Assembly (NCBI GenBank): GCA_038210945.1
Contig: JBBQWD010000001.1
Location: 1-34,422, forward strand
Origin: Gemmatimonadales bacterium
GTDB lineage: Bacteria > Gemmatimonadota > Gemmatimonadetes > Gemmatimonadales > Gemmatimonadaceae
Reading direction: 5' to 3'
Length of the DNA stretch: 34,422 nt
The position numbers were made by a program, and so were the translations under genes. Shown here piece by piece: positions 18,645 through 27,101 of the stretch. The notes below the pieces were generated by a model. That model worked only from the letters and a program-made list of their open reading frames with translations. It did no database searches and was not told where the DNA came from. Within the stretch, counting starts at the first letter, position 1; the number at the start of each line of letters is the position of its first letter.

Positions 18645-21274
18645 TGCGCGTCGCATCGACACCGTTGATGCAGCAGTACCGGGAGATCAAGTCGCGTCAT
18701 CAGGACGCGATTCTGTTCTTCCGGATGGGCGAGTTCTACGAAATGTTCTATGAGGATGCCGAAGTCGCCTCGAAGACACTCGGCCTCACGCTCACGTCAA
18801 GGAACAATGGCGGGGCGAGTGAAGTCCCGCTCGCCGGCGTCCCTGTCAAAGCCGCGGGGGAATACCTGCGGCGGTTGATCCAGCACGGATTCCGTGTCTC
18901 GATCTGCGAGCAGACCGAAGATCCAAAATTTGCGAAGGGCATCGTCAAGCGCGAGGTCGTAGAGACGATCACGCCAGGCGCAGCCTTCTCCGATGATCTG
19001 CTCGACGGAACTCGTAACAACTATCTGTGCGCGTTGAGTCGCGATGGCGATTCGGTAGGAATTGCCGCGGCGGACCTCTCGACGGGTGAGCTCAGACTGA
19101 CTGCCGTCGAGATCAACGATCTGGAGTCCGCGCTGTCGAGATTCACGCCACGGGAAGTGATCGTAGCACACGGTGAGAGTCTTACGAGCGCGCTCAGAGG
19201 GCCGGTGGGAGAAGAAGCGCCCATGGTCACCGAACGGGAAGGTTGGGAATTTGATCCAGCGCTTGGCCGCGACCAGCTGATAGAACGTTTCAAGGTGAGC
19301 TCGCTGGAGTCGTTCGGCATCGAAGACGGTGATAAGGCAGCCGTGGGAGCGGCGGGCGCGTTGCTGCGTTATCTGGGCGAGCTGCAGCCTGCGGGCATGC
19401 CACATCTCGCGCGGCCGAAGATCGAACGGGCAGGCGGTACCATGCCTCTAGACGAGATGACACGCCGAAATCTGGAGCTCGTCGAGTCAATGCGAGGAGG
19501 CGAAGTTTCGGGGACCCTGCTCGGAGTTCTCGACCGCACTCTCACTCCCATGGGTGCGCGCTTGCTTCGCCAGTGGTTACTCGCTCCACTCGTCCAATGG
19601 GCTGCAATCGAAGCACGCCTGAGCGCCGTAGCAGCGCTCGGAGATATCCTCGTTCGTGAGGCGATGCGGGAAGCGCTGGAGGGAGTACGAGACATCGAGC
19701 GTCTGGCTGGAAAAGCCGCGGCTGGTCGCGCCTCTCCACGGGAGTTGAGAGCGCTGGGTGATTCGATGGCGCGCCTGCCATTCGTTCAGTCCGCGCTCGA
19801 GCGCGCACACGCGGCGGCCTTGGGCGAGCGAGAGGTGGCGTTCGGAAAGCACCTCTCTCTGTGGGACGACTGCGCCGATCTCTGCGAGAAAGTCAGGAAC
19901 ATGCTCGTCGACCGGCCGCCCGTCACGATCGGAGACGAGCCAAGCATTCGCGCTGGTGTCGACACCTCACTCGACGAATGGAGAGCGCTGCGCGACGGCG
20001 GAAAGGATGGAATAGCGAAAATCCAGACGGATGAGCGCGCAAGAACCGGCATCAGCTCACTCAAAGTCGGATACAACAAGGTGTTCGGCTACTTCATAGA
20101 AGTGTCGAACAGCAACATTCATCTCGTTCCCGCCGACTTTCAGCGGCGGCAGACCCTGGCCGGCGCGGAGCGCTACGTAACACCGTCGCTCAAGGAGTAC
20201 GAGGAGCGGGTGCTCACGGCCGCCGAGCGGGTTGAGGAGCGTGAGCGCCAACTATTCGAGACGCTGCGCTCGGAGATCGGATCTCATATAGCCCGCGTGC
20301 AATCTGTAGCGCAGATAATCGCAGAGCTGGATGTGCTCGCATCGCTAGCTGAGGCTGCGGCTAGGGAGGGATACGTGCGCCCGGTGCTCGCGGATGAATT
20401 CTCGCTCGAGATCACGGCGGGACGGCATCCGGTAGTCGAGAGGATGATGCCGCGGGAGAAATTCATTCCGAATGACATCTCGCTCGCGGAAGACACGCGG
20501 ATGATCATTCTGACCGGGCCGAACATGGCGGGCAAGTCTACGGTTCTCCGCCAGGTGGGGCTGATCGTACTCATGGCCCAGGTGGGTAGCTTCGTCCCAG
20601 CATCGCGGGCGCGCATTGGGATCGTCGACCGGCTCTTTACTCGCGTTGGAGCGAGTGACAACCTGGTTCGCGGACAGTCAACCTTCATGGTGGAGATGTC
20701 GGAAACGAGCGCCATCCTCCATACGGCTACCAAGCGAAGCCTGGTGCTGCTGGACGAGATTGGGCGTGGCACCTCGACCTATGATGGGATCTCGATCGCC
20801 TGGTCGGTGAGCGAGCACCTTCACGATGTGGTAGGGTGCAAGACAGTCTTTGCCACGCACTATCACGAGCTGACCCAGTTATCGAACAGTTTAGTAGCAG
20901 TTCGCAACTATAATGTTCAGGTGCGCGAAGTCGGAGATCAGGTACTTTTTCTCCACCGCCTCCAACCCGGCGGAGCTGATCGCTCCTACGGAATCGAGGT
21001 CGGAAGACTGGCCGGACTCCCGCCCGCCGTGCTGGAGCGCGCAAAAGAGCTGTTGAGACTGCTCGAAGCGGAACAAATCGTGCCCCGATCTGGTCACTCT
21101 TCACCAGCACCGCGCAACACCACCGATGACCAGCTAGCCCTGTTCGGGATGATGACGCATCCGGTGGTGCAACAACTCAGGAACGTGGAGCCCAACAGCA
21201 TGACACCAATTCAGGCGCTCGAGCTTCTTGGCAGGCTTGTCGATGAAGTCAAGCGAGAGAAAGGAACGGCGTGA
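18644..21274 (+). CDS. mutS: DNA mismatch repair protein MutS
   Basis: TPLMQQY, FRMGEFYEMF, Walker A GPNMAGKST, STFMVEM, DEIGRGTST, ATHYHEL, RSYGIEV and the clamp motif QLALF. Confidence 0.99.
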   Translation: MRVASTPLMQQYREIKSRHQDAILFFRMGEFYEMFYEDAEVASKTLGLTLTSRNNGGASEVPLAGVPVKAAGEYLRRLIQHGFRVSICEQTEDPKFAKGIVKREVVETITPGAAFSDDLLDGTRNNYLCALSRDGDSVGIAAADLSTGELRLTAVEINDLESALSRFTPREVIVAHGESLTSALRGPVGEEAPMVTEREGWEFDPALGRDQLIERFKVSSLESFGIEDGDKAAVGAAGALLRYLGELQPAGMPHLARPKIERAGGTMPLDEMTRRNLELVESMRGGEVSGTLLGVLDRTLTPMGARLLRQWLLAPLVQWAAIEARLSAVAALGDILVREAMREALEGVRDIERLAGKAAAGRASPRELRALGDSMARLPFVQSALERAHAAALGEREVAFGKHLSLWDDCADLCEKVRNMLVDRPPVTIGDEPSIRAGVDTSLDEWRALRDGGKDGIAKIQTDERARTGISSLKVGYNKVFGYFIEVSNSNIHLVPADFQRRQTLAGAERYVTPSLKEYEERVLTAAERVEERERQLFETLRSEIGSHIARVQSVAQIIAELDVLASLAEAAAREGYVRPVLADEFSLEITAGRHPVVERMMPREKFIPNDISLAEDTRMIILTGPNMAGKSTVLRQVGLIVLMAQVGSFVPASRARIGIVDRLFTRVGASDNLVRGQSTFMVEMSETSAILHTATKRSLVLLDEIGRGTSTYDGISIAWSVSEHLHDVVGCKTVFATHYHELTQLSNSLVAVRNYNVQVREVGDQVLFLHRLQPGGADRSYGIEVGRLAGLPPAVLERAKELLRLLEAEQIVPRSGHSSPAPRNTTDDQLALFGMMTHPVVQQLRNVEPNSMTPIQALELLGRLVDEVKREKGTA

Positions 21275-21762
21275 GAACGAGCAAAATGGTCCGAAGCCTC
21301 TTCGCGATCCTGGTGCTCGCGACGGCATGCAAGAAGGGAGAAGGATCGAACCTCCCGTTCCAAACGGTCGGCCGCCAGCCGGATGTGGCTCCGGTGATGC
21401 TCAACAAGGAGCTGCCGTTCCGGTACCCGCCCGCGCTTTACGCCCAGAAAGTCCAGGGCAACGTGACGCTCCGGATCTACATCGACAGGGATGGATCGAT
21501 CGTACCAGATTCCACTCGAGTCGCGGAGACGTCAGGCTTCAACGCGCTGGATTCAGCGGCCATGAAAGGCTCGCGGGATCTCAGATTCGAGCCGGCAAAG
21601 ACCCAGAACATTCCGGTTCCCGTGTCGATTCTTCTTCCAGTGTTCTTCAGGCATCCAGACGCGCCACCGCTCGCCGGCGACTCGATCATCAAACGAGATT
21701 CCGCGGCGGACACGGCGAAAGACGCGGCGCGCGGAACGACGAAGCGTGGAACCACACGCTAG
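21271..21762 (+). CDS. TonB C-terminal-domain lipoprotein
   Basis: Lipobox-like VLATA-C and a TonB_C pattern YPPA...QGNVTLRIYIDRDG...SGFNALDSAA...FEPA. Start is GTG 21271 or ATG 21286. Confidence 0.82.
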   Translation: MRTSKMVRSLFAILVLATACKKGEGSNLPFQTVGRQPDVAPVMLNKELPFRYPPALYAQKVQGNVTLRIYIDRDGSIVPDSTRVAETSGFNALDSAAMKGSRDLRFEPAKTQNIPVPVSILLPVFFRHPDAPPLAGDSIIKRDSAADTAKDAARGTTKRGTTR

Positions 21763-23157
21763 ATGAAGAACGAAAGGAATCGCCTACCCTATGATAGCGT
21801 CCTCGACACGATCGGCTGGACGCCGCTGATCAGGCTGAATCACGTCACGCGCGGAATAAGAACACCGATCTATGGCAAGGCGGAGTTCTTCAATCCGGGC
21901 GGCTCGGTAAAGGACCGGATAGGACTCCCGATCATCGAGCGCGCCGAGAAAGAGGGCAGGCTGAAGCCCGGCGGAACGATCGTCGAGGGCACGAGCGGAA
22001 ACACAGGCGTGGGTCTGGCAATCGCGGCGGCTCTTCGCGGATACAAATGCATCTTCACGATGCCTGACAAGATGTCGCAGGAGAAAGTGCGGCTACTGAA
22101 AGCGTTCGGCGCGGACGTGATCGTCACGCCAACGGCGGTGCCTCCCGATCACCCCGAGCACTACGTGATGATGGCGAAGCGAATCGCCAAAGAGACACCA
22201 AACGCGATCCTGGCCGACCAGTTCGACAACGAGGCAAATCCGGACGCTCACTACGCGACCACGGGTCCTGAGCTCTGGCAGCAGACTTCAGGAAAGATCA
22301 CGCACTTCGTGGGATCCGCTGGAACCGGAGGAACCCTCACTGGCGCCGGCCGCTACCTCAAAGAGCGAAACAAGAAAGTTAAGGTGATTGCTGGGGATCC
22401 TGCCGGCTCGATACTGGCCGAGTACTGGCGCAGCAAGGGAAAGAACAAAATCGAGGGAACGCCGTACAAAATCGAAGGAATCGGCCAGGATAAGCTTCCA
22501 GGCACGCTCGACATGAGCGTGATCGACGAGTACTACACTGTCAGCGACAAGGAATCATTCGCGATGGCGAGGCGTCTGACTCGAGAGGAAGGACTTTTCG
22601 TCGGCGGATCGTCGGGGCTCATCACTTCAGTGGCGCTCAAGATTGCCCGCGAGCTGGACGACCCGAACGCGATGGTGGTGACGCTGCTGTGTGACACCGG
22701 GGAGCGCTATCTCTCGAAGCTTTACAGCGACGAGTGGATGCGTGAAAACCAGATGCTCGACACGCCAAAAGTCGCTCTGCACAGCGTCCTCGGCAGGAAA
22801 AACGGCGTCGCACCGGCGGTGGTAAGTGTTGCCCCCGGGGCGACCGTGAGGCAGGCGATCGGACTCATGAGCCTGCACGACGTCTCGCAGCTTCCAGTAA
22901 TGGACGGCGCCAACTGCATCGGCTCGGTGAGTGACTGGTCGCTGTCGCAGAAGAGCCTCGAGAACCCCAAGCTGCTCGACAACACGGTCAACGAGATAAT
23001 GGATTCGCCCTTCCCGATGGTCGCGTCAGACCAGCCTGTCGACAGCGTGGTAAAACTGCTCTCGAAATCGAACCCCGCGGTTCTCGTGCAGGAGCACGGT
23101 GTCGTGCAGGGGATCGTTACGCGATCCGACATGCTGCACTTCATGATGTCGCGTTAA
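21763..23157 (+). CDS. Cystathionine beta-synthase (PLP enzyme with C-terminal CBS pair)
   Basis: NPGGSVKDR (PLP Lys), EGTSGNTG, GTGGT, IEGIG, DTGERYLSK, then two CBS domains (VSQLPV..., GIVTRSD). Confidence 0.9.
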   Translation: MKNERNRLPYDSVLDTIGWTPLIRLNHVTRGIRTPIYGKAEFFNPGGSVKDRIGLPIIERAEKEGRLKPGGTIVEGTSGNTGVGLAIAAALRGYKCIFTMPDKMSQEKVRLLKAFGADVIVTPTAVPPDHPEHYVMMAKRIAKETPNAILADQFDNEANPDAHYATTGPELWQQTSGKITHFVGSAGTGGTLTGAGRYLKERNKKVKVIAGDPAGSILAEYWRSKGKNKIEGTPYKIEGIGQDKLPGTLDMSVIDEYYTVSDKESFAMARRLTREEGLFVGGSSGLITSVALKIARELDDPNAMVVTLLCDTGERYLSKLYSDEWMRENQMLDTPKVALHSVLGRKNGVAPAVVSVAPGATVRQAIGLMSLHDVSQLPVMDGANCIGSVSDWSLSQKSLENPKLLDNTVNEIMDSPFPMVASDQPVDSVVKLLSKSNPAVLVQEHGVVQGIVTRSDMLHFMMSR

Positions 23158-23175
23158 CCAAGGAAAACAGATCGA

Positions 23176-24174
23176 ATGAAGATTACCGTACTCATGGGTG
23201 GCACCTCGTCTGAGCGCAACGTTTCACTGGCGTCGGGAATCCGCATTGTGCAGGCGCTGCGCGATCGTGGGCACAAAGTGACGGCCCTCGATCCAGCGCG
23301 TGGCGTGTTGAACGCTAAAGAGGAGCTGGAGCTCAGCACCGGAAAGGTCGGCACGGAGCCGCCTTCTCTCGAAGCGCTGTCGAAAGTCGCGGAGGGCGCT
23401 TTTCTTCCCAACCTCACATCGATGAAGGAGATAAAGGAAGCCGACGTCGCCTTCCTCGCTCTTCATGGGGGGCAGGGGGAGGATGGAACGATCCAGGCGC
23501 TGCTCGACATGACACGCGTGAAGTACACCGGGAGTGGCCACCTCTCGAGCGCACTGGCCATGGACAAGGACCTCTCGAAGAAACTGTTCCGGAGCGAGGA
23601 GGTCAAAACCGCAGACTGGCTGATGGCCCCAGCGACCATTGAGCAGGTCGAAGGAATGCTGGGCATGCCGGTGGTGGTAAAACCGTCGAAGCAGGGATCG
23701 ACGGTCGGCCTGACACTGGTGAAACAGCGCAAGGATCTTCTGCCGGCAATCGAGGAAGCATTTAAGTACGACGACGAGGTGATGATCGAGCGCTTCGTGC
23801 CCGGCCGGGAGCTAACCGTCGGTGTCCTGGGTAATGTTGCGCTACCGGTCGGGGAGATCATCTCGAAGCACGAGATCTACGACTACGAGTGCAAGTACAC
23901 CGCGGGCATGGCGAGGGAAGAGTTTCCCGCGAAGCTGTCGCCGGAGGCGACAGAGAGAGTACAGCACCAGGCTCTGGCGGCCTTCCGGGCGCTCAAGCTA
24001 AAGGGGTACGCCCGCATCGATTTCAGGCTAACGAGCGAAGGCGAATTCTACTGTCTCGAGGCGAATACGTTGCCCGGGATGACCGAGCTCAGTCTGATAC
24101 CACAGGGTGCCGCGGCGATGGGAATAGGCTTTCCCGAGCTTTGCGAGCGGATAGTAAAGCTCGCCCTGGAATAG
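23176..24174 (+). CDS. ddl: D-alanine--D-alanine ligase
   Basis: MGGTSSERNVSLASG, LHGGQGEDG, AMDK, VKPSKQGST, YDYECKY, RIDF and EANTLPGMT. Confidence 0.96.
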   Translation: MKITVLMGGTSSERNVSLASGIRIVQALRDRGHKVTALDPARGVLNAKEELELSTGKVGTEPPSLEALSKVAEGAFLPNLTSMKEIKEADVAFLALHGGQGEDGTIQALLDMTRVKYTGSGHLSSALAMDKDLSKKLFRSEEVKTADWLMAPATIEQVEGMLGMPVVVKPSKQGSTVGLTLVKQRKDLLPAIEEAFKYDDEVMIERFVPGRELTVGVLGNVALPVGEIISKHEIYDYECKYTAGMAREEFPAKLSPEATERVQHQALAAFRALKLKGYARIDFRLTSEGEFYCLEANTLPGMTELSLIPQGAAAMGIGFPELCERIVKLALE

Positions 24175-24242
24175 GGCTTCCTTCAGGAACCCTTCGGCCC
24201 GCCCTGTGTTTTAGGATGTAGCACCCTTTGTAGCAGGTTTGT

Positions 24243-25142
24243 ATGAGCGAGCTGTACGAGGCATCGGAGTCTCCCCGCATGACGCGCGCTGTTCAGTGGC
24301 TGTTGGCGCTGAACATTGGCGTGTATTTCCTGCAGCTGACGTTGTTCAGCCCGGATGCGGTGTTTTCAGCGCTCGCGCTCGACCCGGCCAGGTTCCCCAG
24401 CTCATGGTGGACCATCGTCACGTACATGTTCGTGCATGCGTGGCTCGCTCATCTCGCATTCAACCTGTTCACACTGTGGATGTTCGGGCCGAGGCTCGAG
24501 CATGCATGGGGAACGCGCACCTTCACCCAGTTCTATCTCTGGTGCGGACTCGGCGGCGCTGTCGCGCATCTGCTGTTCGCCCAGCACTCCTCTGTAATCG
24601 GTGCCTCCGGCGCGATCAGCGGCGTGTTGGTCGCCTACGCGATTCACTGGCCCGATGAAGAGGTGTATTTGTTCGGCGTGATCCCGATGAAATCGCGCTG
24701 GCTGATCGCGGCGATGATCGGGATGAACATCATCTTTGCACTGTCGCCGAGCTCACGAATCGATTGGACCGCTCATGTCGGCGGAATGGGCTTTGGGTGG
24801 CTCTTCCTGAAACTCTACTCGTTGGGCGGCCTCGATCGTGTGAGAGGCTGGGTGTCATCGGTGCCGGATGAATCGGAGGACATGCCTCGAGCCGTGCCTC
24901 GCACACGGTCTTCGATGCAGGATCGCGGGCGCGGGGTTGATGAAGTCGTTGCCCGTAGCAACGCCGTCGTCCTCCGTGAGAGCAAGCCACTCGCGCGCGT
25001 GCCGAAACAGGAAACTCCGCAGGAATACGCCGCGAGAGTCAACGTCGTCCTGGACAAGATATCGCAGCAGGGAATAGCGAGCCTGACGAGAGACGAGCGC
25101 CGACTGCTCGAGGACATGTCGCGAAAGCTGCGCGACGAGTGA
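24243..25142 (+). CDS. Rhomboid intramembrane serine protease with C-terminal DUF6576-like domain
   Basis: TYMFVH..HLAFN, GASGA (Ser), AHVGG (His) and C-terminal VLDKISQQGIASLT..ER. Confidence 0.92.
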   Translation: MSELYEASESPRMTRAVQWLLALNIGVYFLQLTLFSPDAVFSALALDPARFPSSWWTIVTYMFVHAWLAHLAFNLFTLWMFGPRLEHAWGTRTFTQFYLWCGLGGAVAHLLFAQHSSVIGASGAISGVLVAYAIHWPDEEVYLFGVIPMKSRWLIAAMIGMNIIFALSPSSRIDWTAHVGGMGFGWLFLKLYSLGGLDRVRGWVSSVPDESEDMPRAVPRTRSSMQDRGRGVDEVVARSNAVVLRESKPLARVPKQETPQEYAARVNVVLDKISQQGIASLTRDERRLLEDMSRKLRDE

Positions 25143-25223
25143 TAGCGATGCGGATCCAAGTCGCGCTCAGGGAGAACTTCGCTGCGGATTGATCCGCGCC
25201 AGTCATCTGTGCATCGTTCGAGG

Positions 25224-25628
25224 ATGCCAAGACCAGAGCTCCTCGAGACATTCGACAACCCTTACGCCGATCGCGACTACGAGATCCACATGGATTGCTC
25301 GGAGTTCACGTCGCTATGCCCAGTCGGCGGGATCGAGAGCGATGCCGAAGAGCTCAAGCTCCTGGAGGGCGGCGCCCCCGATTTCGGCACGATTCGCATC
25401 ACCTATGTTCCGGCGAAGAAGTGCATCGAGCTGAAGAGCCTCAAGCTCTATCTGTGGAGCTACAGGAACGATGGGATCTTCTACGAGCGCGCGGTGAACC
25501 GGGTACTGGACGATCTGGTCGCGAGCTCGAAGCCGAAGTGGATGCGAGTGGTGGGCGACTTCAACGTTCGCGGCGGCGTCAAGTCGGTGATCACCGCAAC
25601 TCACGGTAAGGCGCCGGCGGCGAAGTAG
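25224..25628 (+). CDS. queF: NADPH-dependent 7-cyano-7-deazaguanine reductase QueF (unimodular) with loop insertion
   Basis: LETFDNP, EFTSLCP, PDFGT, QueF motif ELKSLKLYL and FNVRGG. Confidence 0.9.
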   Translation: MPRPELLETFDNPYADRDYEIHMDCSEFTSLCPVGGIESDAEELKLLEGGAPDFGTIRITYVPAKKCIELKSLKLYLWSYRNDGIFYERAVNRVLDDLVASSKPKWMRVVGDFNVRGGVKSVITATHGKAPAAK

Positions 25629-25698
25629 TTCGACGCACCCGTTGATAACGAGCAACGAGAAGTTTTAATTGTTCACTCCGGGCGTCGAAGTCCGGTGC

Positions 25699-25771
<73 letters not shown>

Positions 25772-25824
25772 CTCCTCTGAAAGCGTGGTCGCGGTGGCCA
25801 CGGATTCGCACTTTCGCGTGATCA

Positions 25825-26733
25825 TCACCTCGGAGGAAGCTGCCAGATCTCGACCAGATTCCGGTCGACGAAGGGCACGGCGACGCGATTTCGCTTCGTG
25901 TCGACAGCGATATCGGCCGGTGCGCCCCCGGTGCGAATGATTGGCCGGCCAGTTCCTCCAGTGAAAAGATGCAGGCTCGAGTCTTTCTGACTCGCCACGA
26001 GCACGCGGTCTCCGGGAAGAACTTCGACCCCGTCGAACATCGCGCCTCCGCTCCTGCCGATTTCGCTGAGCGTCTTGCTCCCAGCAGCCCAGGCTTTGAT
26101 CGCCGACTCACCGCCATATGGGACGACAATGAAGCGGCGGTTGTTTGCGTCCCACGTAATGCCGTTGGGCCCGCCGAGCGCCGGGTCCTCCAGTGCGAGA
26201 GACACCCGCCCTCCGGCTATCCGGTAAATGCGGTTCGTTCCCGTATCCGTTATGTACAGCCCATCGGGGCCGGCTGCGATATCGTTGAGGAAGCCGAGTT
26301 TGAAGGCGGAGAAATCGACAGTCGCGAGCGGCGCACCCGTGCGACGATTGAACGCGCGCACCGCATCGGCGTCCACTACCCACAACATATCGCCCACGAT
26401 CGTCATCCCCCGCGGCGCATGCAGCGTCGCCCCGCCTGCGCCACCCGCGATGAACCGGAGCCGCTCGACCGTGCCATCCGGGGTCATGCGGGAGATGAAG
26501 CCGTTGTTGTCCTTAGCGCCGGGGTCACCATTCCCCCAGCTGTTCACGAAGTACACATCCTGGTCCGGATCGTAGCGTACGGCTTCGGGCTGGATAAAGC
26601 CCCCGGGCGACGCAATCAACGCCGAATCGGATTTCGCAACGGCGAGACTATCCGGTGTGGTCTCAGCCGGTTTGGAGTTTGAGCAGGCGGCGAGAACAGC
26701 GGCACCAATGATGGCAGCGAGAGTCGAGCGCAT
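25825..26733 (-). CDS. SMP-30/gluconolactonase-like beta-propeller lipoprotein
   Basis: GAGGTG RBS, lipobox LAAC, and PEAV, FLNDIA, GPNGI, FDGV and PADI propeller motifs. Confidence 0.85.
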   Translation of the reverse strand: MRSTLAAIIGAAVLAACSNSKPAETTPDSLAVAKSDSALIASPGGFIQPEAVRYDPDQDVYFVNSWGNGDPGAKDNNGFISRMTPDGTVERLRFIAGGAGGATLHAPRGMTIVGDMLWVVDADAVRAFNRRTGAPLATVDFSAFKLGFLNDIAAGPDGLYITDTGTNRIYRIAGGRVSLALEDPALGGPNGITWDANNRRFIVVPYGGESAIKAWAAGSKTLSEIGRSGGAMFDGVEVLPGDRVLVASQKDSSLHLFTGGTGRPIIRTGGAPADIAVDTKRNRVAVPFVDRNLVEIWQLPPR

Positions 26734-26796
26734 GGTTTCACCTCGATGAAATCGGAAACAACGCCGGATGTGACAAAGACGATTCTGCAAATTGTC

Positions 26797-26825
26797 TTGA
26801 CATCTGGATAGTGGTGGAATACTCT
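26797..26825 (+). promoter_or_regulatory. sigma70 promoter for the porin leader
   Basis: TTGACA-N17-TACTCT. Confidence 0.75.
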
Positions 26826-26885
26826 TGCCCGCGTTCGGGATAGTTCGTGTCGTCCGTAACCACTAGCTCGGTCATAAGCCCAGTC

Positions 26886-26978
26886 ATGCTTTCTGCTCGC
26901 CGCGTCTCTCTTTCCAATCCTGGAAATAATCGCCCGCTCCCACAGATGCTGTGGGGCGTGATCGAATGTTCCGGGTAG
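26886..26978 (+). CDS. Putative leader peptide (30 aa)
   Basis: MLSARRVSLSNPGNNRPLPQMLWGVIECSG*, located between the promoter and the terminator. No clear SD sequence. Confidence 0.4.
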   Translation: MLSARRVSLSNPGNNRPLPQMLWGVIECSG

Positions 26979-27011
26979 AGCCGCCAAGCCAGCACTACAG
27001 CTCATTTCAAT

Positions 27012-27054
27012 GCCCTCGCGTTTCGATCGATGAACGCGGGGGCTTTTTGTTTTT
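27012..27054 (+). terminator. Intrinsic terminator within the 5' leader (attenuator)
   Basis: GCCCTCGCGTT/AACGCGGGGGC 11-bp stem plus TTTTTGTTTTT, 47 nt upstream of the porin ATG and on the same strand. Confidence 0.85.
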
Positions 27055-27101
27055 CGCAACGGATTTCGCCGTACGTATCACTCACTTCAAAGGAGGCCGA
27101 G

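Noticed and set aside
23176-24174. Van-type D-Ala-D-Lac ligase
   Set aside because: The omega loop YDYECKY keeps the Tyr typical of D-Ala-D-Ala ligases, and no vanH/vanX genes are nearby.
25143-25223. preQ1 riboswitch upstream of queF
   Set aside because: Only small hairpins are present (e.g. GCGGAT-TG-ATCCGC). There is no preQ1 loop consensus or A-rich tail.
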